The notes: generated from the letters alone by a model not told the origin. A stretch of 64,000 bases of DNA from Nitrosopumilus sp. (GCA_965205215.1 OZ242041.1:736001-800000); one strand, 5' to 3'. Positions 20,286 through 29,906 are shown, counted from the stretch's first letter. A program made the numbers and translations.

Positions 20286-20504
20286 TTCATCCGGGTTGCA
20301 GTTCTACCATGCCTGTGGCAACAGGCGCTTCCGAGATATGCCACGATCCCCGTCCATTACGTCTTTTGTCCAACGAAGTCGAGGCATGATCCGGATTACC
20401 CGCATTGCATTCTGGTCTTGGATAGCGCTGCATGACGCGTAATGCAGCTATTAGATGCCGCGTTCCGCATCTCTTTATTATGGTGTGTGGCAGAAGTGGT
20501 TGCG

Positions 20505-20921
20505 TTGACGGACGTGTTTACGCCGGAGAAGCGCTCGTGGGTCATGTCAAGGATCAGGGGCAAGTGGACTGGAATAGACCTGAAGATGAGAGAAATCTTG
20601 GCCGGTATGGGCACGCGGTTTGAGATGTATCCGAGCATGCTGGGGAATCCGGACTTTGCGCATCGCCAGATGAGAATAGCCGTGTTCTGCGACGGGGACT
20701 TTTGGCACGGATACCTCTACCGACATGGGAAAGTTCCTAGGCAAGCGTTCTGGAGGGAGAAGATTCTAAGAAATATGAAGCGTGATCGCTACGTCACCGG
20801 AAAGCTGCGACGCGAGGGATGGTCCGTGCTGCGGTTCTGGGAGCATGACATAAACTCCAATCCTGAGAAATGTGCTCGGAAGGTTAAAAAAAAGATTGCA
20901 GAACGGCGCCATGTGCGATAG
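20505..20921 (+). CDS. vsr: Very short patch repair endonuclease
   Basis: DVFTPEKRSWVMSRI, GNPDF, FCDGDFWHG, RNMKRD, GWSVLRFWEH; start reassigned to TTG 20505. Confidence 0.92.
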   Translation: MTDVFTPEKRSWVMSRIRGKWTGIDLKMREILAGMGTRFEMYPSMLGNPDFAHRQMRIAVFCDGDFWHGYLYRHGKVPRQAFWREKILRNMKRDRYVTGKLRREGWSVLRFWEHDINSNPEKCARKVKKKIAERRHVR

Positions 20922-21025
20922 CAGTCCGGCAAAACCCTGTCAAACGCTTATTTCGTATTTGTTGCTGGTGCCTTCCATGAATTGTTTTATATGATGTTTA
21001 TATATCGTTGTCAAGAAAGATCTCT

Positions 21026-21508
21026 ATGAATAGCAAAATTAACAGCGAATTAGACGCTTGGATAATTACATATATGGCTACATTGGGTGATTATAGAGTC
21101 ACACCATACGCCATAATTTCAAAAGCGCCTCAACAATTAGCGGTTAAAATCCCAAATGAACGAACACTAGTAGAAAATCTATTTGCTTTAGAACAAAAGG
21201 GATTAATACATCGTCAAGTGTATGCTGAGTTCGAGCTCACTAATGATGGGTTGTTAGAATATAGAAAATATATTAATCCGCTATGGGAATTATCTCGCCA
21301 TAAACCAAAATATGAAAATATTTTAGACAAAACCGATGGAGACATAAAATCAAAAGAAAGCGTCAAAAGAATTCTAAAAAAAATTAGAGATCTGACAATA
21401 GAACAAGCATATGGCGTACTTACTACTTTCCTAAAACAGACTGGAAACGAATCTATTTATCTTATAATACGCATACTATCAGAATTAACAAACTCTGCGA
21501 GTATTTAA
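21026..21508 (+). CDS. AT-rich hypothetical protein, possible winged helix
   Basis: Long open frame in very AT-rich DNA; LFALEQKGLI...FELTNDG resembles a wHTH wing; alternative start 21008. Confidence 0.6.
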   Translation: MNSKINSELDAWIITYMATLGDYRVTPYAIISKAPQQLAVKIPNERTLVENLFALEQKGLIHRQVYAEFELTNDGLLEYRKYINPLWELSRHKPKYENILDKTDGDIKSKESVKRILKKIRDLTIEQAYGVLTTFLKQTGNESIYLIIRILSELTNSASI

Positions 21509-21658
21509 TGACAAAGTTGTCACATATAGCCATTTTGTGATGCTTGCAAGATGCTTTGTCGGAATTCAGATCTCTATCATACTCAAAATAGTAATTTGTC
21601 GATCTGTTTGAATAAATTGAAAAAATAAGGGGAGGAGTTTGCAGGCACTCCTATAGCC

Positions 21659-21714
21659 TTCTGCCGTCTATGATGGACTTGAACCCGGCCCGGGATCAAT
21701 CCCCGTGGGCCATT
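21659..21714 (+). repeat. att-like remnant 1 of tRNA-Val 3' end inside a hairpin
   Basis: AATCCCCGTGGGCC (21698-21711) is identical to tRNA 15513-15526; preceded by TTCTGCCGTC and the inverted arm GGACTTGAACCCGG. Confidence 0.6.
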
Positions 21715-22342
21715 GTGATTAATTCTTGGTTCGGATCCCATCAAATTACGAATATCCAATTGGGCCTTATTTGGCACAGTAGGAGGATCCATCTCGGCCT
21801 TATTCCTATGTGAGATCGTGACGGTGGCCTTTGAGAACAAGAAAGCAACAGAGTGATCAGAAAAACCCTCATGCGTGGGGAGAAGTATAAGAGTAACGGG
21901 CCTATTTTTCATATGCTACATTAGATGGGTGACAGGTGGGCACTCATAATCTGATAACGCTGGTGGTGCCTGTCACTGATGCTGCCTTGTATGCACTGAT
22001 TACAATTGACATGTAGCGTGAATGGGGGTGATGTCTGTTCATTATAGTGTGACATGACCTCTTAACCTGTCAACGACTGTTCTGACTTCTTTTTCTGAGA
22101 ATATTTCTCTCTGGCCTGTTATAAACGCGTTAATATTTGCCAAGTTTCTTACTAGGACGAATCTGAAACTAGGATCATATCTCATGTTGTCTTGAATCGG
22201 CAACAACACCTTTGTGACAGGCGGGTTGCTTGGATCCTTCCAGGACTTTAGTGAAATCCACAACACCATTCCTGCTCTATCTACTTGTTCGTGGGGACTA
22301 ATGCCTTTGTTTTGCGCATAGTATGCACGGCTCCAGTTCTTG

Positions 22343-23668
22343 CAGTCAACGCAAATGTGACTCGAACAAGCCCTCCGGCAGGTCTGGCGGGGGCTTCGGC
22401 TCGAGGGTCGGATCGGTGAGAAGGTTGTGGAGGGCCCCTGCAAACTCCCCCCACTTGAGGTCGGGGGCGTTTGCGGTTCCCATCAGGAGGTACGCCCGGG
22501 ACATCAGGGCCCTGGCGATTATCCACGCGTCGTAAAAGAGGCACGTGTACATGAAGCAGAACATCCGGGCCGCCGGGGCCCTGCACCGCGTCTTTGCATT
22601 GCCCTGTTCAAGCAGCCTGTATCCGGTCTCTATGTTCCACCGCCGCCCGTACCTGTCGGGGTCCGCGTCCGGCACGTTGGTGGCAAACGCGATGTACCTT
22701 TCCTCCGGCGGCTCCGGGTACGGCGCGTGTTTTTTCCTGCGCCTCCTCTCCGTTATTACGGCCCAGTACGTGGCCGTGCGCCCCCCGCCGCCCTCGCTTA
22801 TCTCCAGCTCCGACACGCGGTGCCTGGCCCTTCTCGAGTACTGCCCCAGCGCGTCCACGACGGTGTCGGTGTTCCTGCACGGGATCAGGAACCGTATCCC
22901 GTTTTCGCTGAGGTACCTTATCACCCCCGTGTTGAAGAACTCGCGGTCCATCATGACGAGGCCGATCTCGACCCCCACGCGGCCGCATATGTGAATTAAC
23001 TCAGGCACGAAGTCGGGGGTGGACTGGAGCTTGCGCACCGGAACCACCCCGAGCACGAGCTTTTCCCCGTTGACGACGCACTGAGCCGTGGCATATCCCT
23101 CGAACCTGTCGGTCCCGTTCCTTGGCTTTTTGCGCACCAGTTCGGGGCCGTCCCTCTTGTCGTATCTCTCCCTGTAGTGAAAGTCGATTGCAATGTCGAC
23201 GGGCCCGCTGAACAGTCCCATCGCCTTCATGCGGTCCACGTACATCCCCGTGTCCCTTATGAACAGCTCGCGCAGGCTCACGCCGTCGACGGCCCTCATC
23301 CACTGCATCATTCGCTCGCCGCACGGCAGGGCGCGCGCACCGGGCTGCCCGACGTTGGTGCCGTTCCTGTCCATCGCGATGGAGGTCACGTTGCGATTCC
23401 TCATGCACGCCTCGTACATGACAAAGTCCATGTCCTCCTTGCCGTAGAGTGCGTTGTACCTGCTCGAGAATGGCAGCGCGCTTGACAGGTCCCCCAGCTG
23501 CAGGCTACGCAAAATAGATTGATATATCGCGTAACCCCGCGCAGATCGTCTTAGGCGGCTTTTCTTCAATTCGCAATCAGCCGCCTTAAGACGTCACATA
23601 TAGATCTTTTTCATATGCGCGCATTATAGCCTTGCGCCCCCTCTCTTGGGGCACATTTGCGTTGACTG
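22343..23668 (-). mobile_element. Intact insertion sequence, ISH3 family, 1326 bp
   Basis: Perfect 17-bp terminal inverted repeats CAGTCAACGCAAATGTG (22343-22359 / 23652-23668) and 5-bp target duplication TCTTG (22338-22342, 23669-23673). Confidence 0.93.
22346..23569 (-). CDS. DDE transposase (ISH3/IS4-like)
   Basis: IAIDFH, MDREFF, YGRRWNIETGYR (Y-x2-R-x3-E) motifs. Confidence 0.92.
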   Translation of the reverse strand: MKKSRLRRSARGYAIYQSILRSLQLGDLSSALPFSSRYNALYGKEDMDFVMYEACMRNRNVTSIAMDRNGTNVGQPGARALPCGERMMQWMRAVDGVSLRELFIRDTGMYVDRMKAMGLFSGPVDIAIDFHYRERYDKRDGPELVRKKPRNGTDRFEGYATAQCVVNGEKLVLGVVPVRKLQSTPDFVPELIHICGRVGVEIGLVMMDREFFNTGVIRYLSENGIRFLIPCRNTDTVVDALGQYSRRARHRVSELEISEGGGGRTATYWAVITERRRRKKHAPYPEPPEERYIAFATNVPDADPDRYGRRWNIETGYRLLEQGNAKTRCRAPAARMFCFMYTCLFYDAWIIARALMSRAYLLMGTANAPDLKWGEFAGALHNLLTDPTLEPKPPPDLPEGLFESHLR

Positions 23669-24441
23669 TCTTGACCTCTATGATTATTACACCCCTCTTT
23701 GAGGCTATTACAAAATCCATCTGCGCGGATTTTAGGTTTTTTTGGCCCTTGTATGTCACGTAGTGTGGTAGCACAAATTCGACCCCGCACATTATGTTAT
23801 ACGTATCTGGCAGCTTGGAAAGCTCACTTAGAACCCTTAATTCGCCACTGGTGCCTGCATGTCCCGGATCTTTTCTGTTTTTCTCAAACGTGTCTAACTG
23901 CCACTGCATGTGCCATTTTCTAATACGGCTAAAAAACCCCCCGCCCTCTTTTTCGATTCGTTGTTTCAAATCTTCATGGACTCTGTCGATGTCATCCATT
24001 GTTTTTACGGAACGGGGATACTTGTCCAACAGCTCCCTCTCGCTGCCTGAAATCCCGTAAATTATGGCCATGACGCTTTAAGACTAAAGACAGAGCAAAA
24101 TACTTTCCGTCTGCTGACTTTACACCGTATCTGATTTTGGCATGACACTGTCACCTGCCAACGTGCCACTAAATGTGTTATATGGCGCATCAAAAGATGG
24201 CAGCACAGGGCGGTTCTTCAGCACAAGGCAAAATCTTGTCCCCTTCAACAATCAAAAAGATATTGTAATTGTTCCAATCGCTTTCTGCAAACTCGACTAG
24301 AGACTGTCAAGTTAACGTGTGATAGACCCGTCCGAATACATTGTCAAATCCTTGTGATGAAGGGGTAACATCGTACCCTGTCGTAATGTAAGTCCCACAA
24401 AACCTATACCGTTATTTACAACCTATTTGTACTGTGGTATA

Positions 24442-24738
24442 ATGGGATCGCAGCACACGGTTTTTCTTGACGTTCAATATGAAGGAATGAAGGAGTTTCT
24501 TAAAGATTTTGGTTGGAATGTTGAAACGATAACTGAAATTTACGGTTCTACTAAAAAAGATCGACATGATGATAATGTCATGAAGTATGCAGAAGAGCAC
24601 AGTGATGCGGTCATAATAACGCAAGACAATAAGCTTGTCAAAAGGCTAGAAAACAAGGGGCACAAGGTCATTGAAATAGACATGGCAAGGTTAGCAAAGC
24701 TGGCTAATGATGATCTAAAAAATAAACTTGGAACATAA
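24442..24738 (+). CDS. PIN-like protein (DUF5615 / Mut7-C type)
   Basis: VFLD...LKDFGWNV...DDNVMKYA...IITQDNKL pattern. Confidence 0.75.
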   Translation: MGSQHTVFLDVQYEGMKEFLKDFGWNVETITEIYGSTKKDRHDDNVMKYAEEHSDAVIITQDNKLVKRLENKGHKVIEIDMARLAKLANDDLKNKLGT

Positions 24739-24819
24739 GTAAAATGTAAGATGACCCGCAGAATCAGGAGATCTAGCGTTTTGCACAGTCCAAAGGATGT
24801 TGCAAGCGTCCCAATCGAT

Positions 24820-24898
24820 TTCTGCCGTCATGAGAGGTGTCTGAATCCACTCTGGGTTCAGATTCTCGTGGGCCCACTCCCACTCCGGGTTCAAGTCC
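24820..24898 (+). repeat. att-like remnant 2 of tRNA-Val 3' end inside a hairpin
   Basis: GGGTTCAGATTCTCGTGGGCCCA (24854-24876) matches tRNA 15506-15528 at 20/23; preceded by TTCTGCCGTC and the inverted arm TCTGAATCCA. Confidence 0.6.
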
Positions 24899-25074
24899 TT
24901 TTCTGCAGTACGATCTTGCCGTTTGGCAGCACTCCGCGAACGTCCACTCTTGGGTCAAGCGGGGCAGGCCTGTGATCGGGCCCACAAATGAGCGGCACTG
25001 GGCGCGAATCCCACCAACGGACGAGTCCCCGTCACCCGTCCAAGCTAAAATAATGCGGCACCCAATACAATACC

Positions 25075-26031
25075 ATGGAGATCATGGGCCGGGGGCTCAG
25101 GCAGATCCTGCAAGAGTCCCCGCTGTACTTCCATCTTGGGCTCAAGTTCGCATCCTACAAGCTGCTGCACAGGACCAGTCCCTTCTATGGCTCTGCGGAC
25201 ATCATAAACGTCTGCAACCTGCACTGCACGCACTGCTACTGGTGGCTCAACAGGAAGGACAACAAGGAGGAGCTCACCGTGGACCAGTGGAAGGAGGTAA
25301 TCGACGAGAAGTTCAAGAAGAACCACGTGTTCATCGTCACCCTGGTCGGCGGCGAGCCCATGATGAGGCCCGACGTGGTGAGGCTTTTCGTGAGGGAGTT
25401 TCCAAGGAGGGCGTGCGTAGTCACCAACGGCACGTATCCCATACCGTACCTCAGGGACATCTACTTTTACTGGATCTCGGTTGACGGCTCAAGGCAGGTC
25501 CACAACGAGATCCGCGGCGACGGGGCCTGGGAAAAGACCAGAGAAAACGTCCTCGACTATGTAAATGGCAACGGCAAGGACGCATGGAAGGACATATGGA
25601 TCACCATGACGATCAACTCAAGGAACTACATGACCGTCGGGCAGGTGATAGACGACTGGCGCGATCACTCAAACAAGATCGGGTTCCAGTTCCACACGCC
25701 GTTTATGAAAAACGACCCGCTGTGGCTCCCGTTTGGCAGCGAGCGCGACAGTGTGATCGACGGGCTGCTCGACATGAAGGCGGGACGGTACGGGGACTAC
25801 ATCGTAAACCCCCGAGAGCAGCTGGAGATAATGAGGACCAGCTGGGGCGGAAGGGGGACCACCCCGGTAGACTGTCCGACGTGGGCCATCATGTCCGTCG
25901 ACCACATGGGCAGGGAGAAGATGCCGTGCTGCATCGGCAGCGCAGAGAAAAAGTCCATGAAGCCAAGGTGCGGGGAGTGCGGGCTTGGCTGCTATTCCGT
26001 GCTCATGGGCTACGGGATAAAGGGGATCTGA
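25075..26031 (+). CDS. Radical SAM protein with Cys-rich C-terminus
   Basis: CNLHCTHC, GGEP, TNG, ISVDG; C-terminal CPTW...PCC...CGECGLGC. Confidence 0.88.
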   Translation: MEIMGRGLRQILQESPLYFHLGLKFASYKLLHRTSPFYGSADIINVCNLHCTHCYWWLNRKDNKEELTVDQWKEVIDEKFKKNHVFIVTLVGGEPMMRPDVVRLFVREFPRRACVVTNGTYPIPYLRDIYFYWISVDGSRQVHNEIRGDGAWEKTRENVLDYVNGNGKDAWKDIWITMTINSRNYMTVGQVIDDWRDHSNKIGFQFHTPFMKNDPLWLPFGSERDSVIDGLLDMKAGRYGDYIVNPREQLEIMRTSWGGRGTTPVDCPTWAIMSVDHMGREKMPCCIGSAEKKSMKPRCGECGLGCYSVLMGYGIKGI

Positions 26032-26291
26032 CTGCGGGCGGCGGGCCCTGATCCCGTCAAACTGAGGGCGCCCGGACGGGCTCATCTGGTCGATTATGCC
26101 GTCTATCGTCTCCCGCGGAACCTTTCTGGGCCTGCCTGCTCGTGGGAGATCGGAGGCTGTCCACGCCTCCCTGCATACCGGCCCGTCTTGCCCGGTTCAG
26201 CTGTGAACAATGTGCACACCCAACTGTCATGAAATGGGGGTGCGGCAGGAGCGCTGCCGCAACTGTGCTAGGGCTCTGGCGTAGGTGGTGT

Positions 26292-26699
26292 TTACATAAA
26301 CACACTCGCCAGTCTTGACTGCCGCATGGCCCTGAACTCTTCTGGCATGCGCGATGACATGGCCACGCTTACCGTATGCCTGCTGACAGTCGTTTTGCTG
26401 GCCTGTTTCACGGAGTCCTTCCCTGCCCCATGCGGCGTCTCTATTATGGTGCGCGGCGACTTCTCGCCCTGTACCAGTATGCTGGGCTTCCTTCCGTGAT
26501 CCAGGAGCGTCCCGGATGACTCCACCACGAAGACACCCGGCTTGGATTTCCAGCGTGCCCTCTTTTCGGTGAGTGCGTCTGCAATGGCCCTGCCGGGCAA
26601 CTGCTTGCTGGCGTGCATGCCGTGTCTGGCCGCCGCACGTGCTCCCGCGCAGTCTTGCGCATCTTTCGCGTTGGTATCTTTCATACGTATAGTACGCAT
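26292..26699 (-). CDS. Hypothetical protein (uncertain)
   Basis: ATG preceded by an AT-rich promoter-like tract (26700-26730); no recognisable motif. Confidence 0.3.
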   Translation of the reverse strand: MRTIRMKDTNAKDAQDCAGARAAARHGMHASKQLPGRAIADALTEKRARWKSKPGVFVVESSGTLLDHGRKPSILVQGEKSPRTIIETPHGAGKDSVKQASKTTVSRHTVSVAMSSRMPEEFRAMRQSRLASVFM

Positions 26700-26831
26700 A
26701 ACAAGTATATGAAGTTACTTCCTAATGTAATACCAAGAAATTCTGGCACCGCCGATCTGTATACTACGTAATTTTGGGCATGCACTACCGTGCACGCCGG
26801 GGATTTCAGATTTCCGCCGTCCAATCTTCCG

Positions 26832-27362
26832 TCAGCCGGCGCTGTCGATGCGGCAGCAGCTGCGGCTCTGCAGTCCGCGCGTGATCCACCATATTGAGAA
26901 CACGAGCACTCCGGCCGATATCATCTTGAGCTCCAGTCCCTGCATGGGGAACAGGGACAGCCCGCCCACCGCTCCCAGTATCACGGCCAAGGGCGCCGTG
27001 CACGCGGGGCAGCCCGGCGTGAATGCCGCAAAGATGCCGCCAAGTATGGGGGTGGCCGACCTTGCCGAGCCCGGCTTCTTTACAAGCAGGCTTGACATCA
27101 TCCTCATGCGCCTTATCTTGAACGCCATCAGGGCAAAGTTGATCCCCGCAAGCCCCGAGATGACTGCTGTAAGCGATATGGATGCCGCGATGTACGAGGG
27201 GGCGGCCGCCATTGCAACCCCCGACTCAAGGTGCAGGGGCAGCATGGACATCGTCAGTACGTAGTATACGGCGCCGAGCCCGGCCCCGCTTGCCGCGGCT
27301 ATCCCGGCGTACCTCCGCGTGCGGAGCACATCTTTAATGACCTGCATCTTGGTCTGCATCAT
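26832..27362 (-). CDS. Membrane protein with GCPAC motif
   Basis: Several hydrophobic segments, a CxxC inside a membrane segment, C-terminal CC. Confidence 0.75.
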   Translation of the reverse strand: MMQTKMQVIKDVLRTRRYAGIAAASGAGLGAVYYVLTMSMLPLHLESGVAMAAAPSYIAASISLTAVISGLAGINFALMAFKIRRMRMMSSLLVKKPGSARSATPILGGIFAAFTPGCPACTAPLAVILGAVGGLSLFPMQGLELKMISAGVLVFSIWWITRGLQSRSCCRIDSAG

Positions 27363-27509
27363 ACCAGTGACCGTAACCGCGTACGACTATTTTACCATTC
27401 TGCGGCCGCGGCCGCGGCCGCGGTAGCGGTAACTGATGCGGTTGCTGCAACTGTCACTGCCACGCGGCAGCGACGATGCTGCTGCTGCTGCTGCTGCTGT
27501 GATGCAGCG

Positions 27510-28403
27510 TCAGAACCCGCGCAATCCCTGGGGCCGCGCCACCTCGGGGTGCTGTCTGAGCCAGTCTATCTGGGAGAGCATCTCCAGCTTGTCCTGGGGG
27601 AATGTCCCCTTTATCATGTAGGCGTTGGAGCCGTGGTTTGCGCGGAATACCGTCTGGCTGCCGTCGCCGGGGACCTCTATCCCACTGACTATATCGTACA
27701 GCTCGTCGAGCGCCTCCCCGTCGTTTATCGTTGCAAACGGCTCTGCAAACTTGTCGTGAAACTCCTTCTTGATGCCCTCGTCAAGGTGCAGCGTGAGCGT
27801 CCCCACGTAGTTCGGGGCGCACGCGCTGATCACCTCTGCCGTGCCCCTTGCGTGCTCCTTCGAGTGCGCGGTGCCGCCGAGCCCCAGTATTATCATGCAC
27901 GACATGACGTACCCCGCGGCCTTTGCCTTGTTCACCGACTTTATGATGGTCTTTGCGATGGCCCCCTTTGTGACCTTTTTGAGTATCACGTCAGAGCCGC
28001 TCTCTATCCCCAGGTACAGCATGTCGAGGCCCGCCTCCTTCATGCGGCGCAGGTCGTCCTCGCTCTTCTTGAGTATGTTCATCGGCATCGCATAGCACGA
28101 TATGCGCTCGGCGCCTGCAAACTTTTCGCGTATGTACCTGGTTATCTTTATCATGTAGTCCGTGTCCAGGTTCAGCGCGTCCCCGTCGGCGAGGAAGAAG
28201 CGCCTCGCGTCAGGCTGGTATCTGGCCATCATGTCTATCTCCTCCCTGACTGCCTCCCAGGGCCTCTCCTCGTACTCCTTTGAGCGGTACATGTCGCAGA
28301 ACGAGCACTCGTTAAAGGAGCAGCCAAGCGTCACCTGGAATATCACGGACCGCGCCTCGGACGGCGGCCTGTACAGGGGCATGTCGTATGACAGCATACG
28401 CAT
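27510..28403 (-). CDS. Radical SAM protein
   Basis: YRPPSEA, GCSFNECSFCDMY, FLADGDA, YLGIESGS, FRANHGSN. Confidence 0.9.
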   Translation of the reverse strand: MRMLSYDMPLYRPPSEARSVIFQVTLGCSFNECSFCDMYRSKEYEERPWEAVREEIDMMARYQPDARRFFLADGDALNLDTDYMIKITRYIREKFAGAERISCYAMPMNILKKSEDDLRRMKEAGLDMLYLGIESGSDVILKKVTKGAIAKTIIKSVNKAKAAGYVMSCMIILGLGGTAHSKEHARGTAEVISACAPNYVGTLTLHLDEGIKKEFHDKFAEPFATINDGEALDELYDIVSGIEVPGDGSQTVFRANHGSNAYMIKGTFPQDKLEMLSQIDWLRQHPEVARPQGLRGF

Positions 28404-28531
28404 GTATGGGCCGCCGCGTCGTTATATGCCTTTATTATCAGTACGGCCGCGCGCCGGGGCGGCGGGGGCCAAGGGCGTGCGGCCCGCTTTGGATAAAAGT
28501 AATTAAGATACGGGGGGCATCCAGCTCTCAC

Positions 28532-28816
28532 ATGGAGCCCCCGCTGCTTGTCCTGTCAATCATATCGCTTGTCAACATTGGCATACTGTCCGCGCTTATC
28601 GTGCTGTTTGCAAGGATGTTTGCCGCGACAAGGGCGCATCTGCCGCTCGGCATGATCGTGGTGGCCGTCTCGCTGCTGCTGAACAACGTGATAGGGGCGG
28701 CGGCATTCTTCTCGCACGACATGCTGATATCCGAGTCCGTATTCCCGTATATGCTGGCAGTCGGGATCACGGAGCTTGTGGGCCTGAGCATATTCCTCAA
28801 GATAACGATGGACTAA
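28532..28816 (+). CDS. Small three-helix membrane protein
   Basis: Three hydrophobic segments; start reassigned to ATG 28532 after an AT-rich tract. Confidence 0.7.
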   Translation: MEPPLLVLSIISLVNIGILSALIVLFARMFAATRAHLPLGMIVVAVSLLLNNVIGAAAFFSHDMLISESVFPYMLAVGITELVGLSIFLKITMD

Positions 28817-28843
28817 AAGTCAGGCTTTTGGTACAGTCCTGTA

Positions 28844-29383
28844 ATGCTGCGCGACTATGTCAGGCTGAACCAGAGCATGTTTGTCGCAATAGCCGTGGCG
28901 CTTCCGGTGTCCGCGGTCGCGGCCGATGCCCTGTCCGGACTGGAGCCGCACCTCAACGCCACGTACGCCACCATAGTGGACTATGCCGCGTATCTGGGCA
29001 CGTTCGGGCTCATGTTCTACATTACAAACAGGCACAGGTACAGGGCGGGCCCCAGCGGCCGGCCCGCCGAGGCCGATCCGCGCTCCGACCTCAAGAAGAT
29101 ACTCGCCTCGCTGGGGGCGGGCGAGGTGGCGTACGGGGTCGTCAGGTGGGTCCTGCACTACTACATGATTGACGCGTGGGGCTACGAGCCGTACGCGTCG
29201 TCGGTGACCGCCCAGGTGGCGGCAATTGCGGTGTATCTGGTTGTGATGAACCTGAGCGTGAAGGCCACTAGGATGTACAGCAGCAGCAGCAGCAGCAGCG
29301 GTAGCGGCAGCAGCAGCAGCGGTAGCGGCAGCAGCAGCAACAGCAACAGCGGTAGCGGCGGCGGCAAGGAGGGCCAGAAATAA
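28844..29383 (+). CDS. Membrane protein (GtrA-like topology) with poly-Ser/Gly tail
   Basis: Four hydrophobic segments; AGC/GGC repeat tail at about 29279-29365. Confidence 0.65.
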   Translation: MLRDYVRLNQSMFVAIAVALPVSAVAADALSGLEPHLNATYATIVDYAAYLGTFGLMFYITNRHRYRAGPSGRPAEADPRSDLKKILASLGAGEVAYGVVRWVLHYYMIDAWGYEPYASSVTAQVAAIAVYLVVMNLSVKATRMYSSSSSSSGSGSSSSGSGSSSNSNSGSGGGKEGQK

Positions 29384-29407
29384 TACGTGCTGCCGCTAGG
29401 CCCCGGT

Positions 29408-29785
29408 ATGACAGTCAGCATGTACGTGGACGGCTCCGGAAGCCCAAGGGGCGGGTTTGGCTGGCTTGTAAAGGAGACAGGCGAGTCGCACTACGAGAGG
29501 CGCGACGACGTGACAAACAACCAGGCCGAGTACATGGCCATAATATCGGCCGTGCGGCACGCGCGCTCAAAATCGGGCGAACCGCCCTATGACGACGTGG
29601 TCATATACAGCGACTCCCTGAACACAGTAAAACAGCTCAACCACGAGTACGCCATAAACAACGAGGCGCTCCGGGAGCTTGCCATGAGGTGCTGGTCGGA
29701 GATTGCCGAATTTGGCGGCCGCCGGCCGGCCGTGCTCTGGGTCAGCCGCAAGGAGAATCCCGCAGGCAAGATGCTTGGCAGCTGA
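29408..29785 (+). CDS. rnhA: Ribonuclease HI
   Basis: YVDGS, TNNQAEYMA, YSDS, WVSRKEN. Confidence 0.9.
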   Translation: MTVSMYVDGSGSPRGGFGWLVKETGESHYERRDDVTNNQAEYMAIISAVRHARSKSGEPPYDDVVIYSDSLNTVKQLNHEYAINNEALRELAMRCWSEIAEFGGRRPAVLWVSRKENPAGKMLGS

Positions 29786-29906
29786 GGCGCATACGGCGGC
29801 GGCTTCTGCAGCCCCACTCCCCCCGATGCCACCATAACTGCGCGGGGCCGGTTCGCCCGGCTTGGACAAAAAACAGATTTATTGTATTGCCAAGCCTCGC
29901 AGGTCA

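Larger units (their letters stand above)
22042..24071 (-). pseudogene. NERD-domain nuclease interrupted by an IS
   Basis: Removing the IS and one target duplication restores ...GTSGE...QMDFVIASKRGVIIIEVKNWS...SPHEQV in a single frame. Confidence 0.9.
15529..24900. mobile_element. Decayed genomic island at the tRNA-Val 3' end (nuclease/defence cargo, no integrase seen)
   Basis: Abrupt drop in GC after the tRNA; IS elements and nuclease genes; degenerate tRNA 3'-end copies at 21698-21711 and 24854-24876. Confidence 0.75.

Noticed and set aside
21583-21912. 109-aa minus-strand ORF
   Set aside because: No motif and it runs across the att-like hairpin; probably spurious
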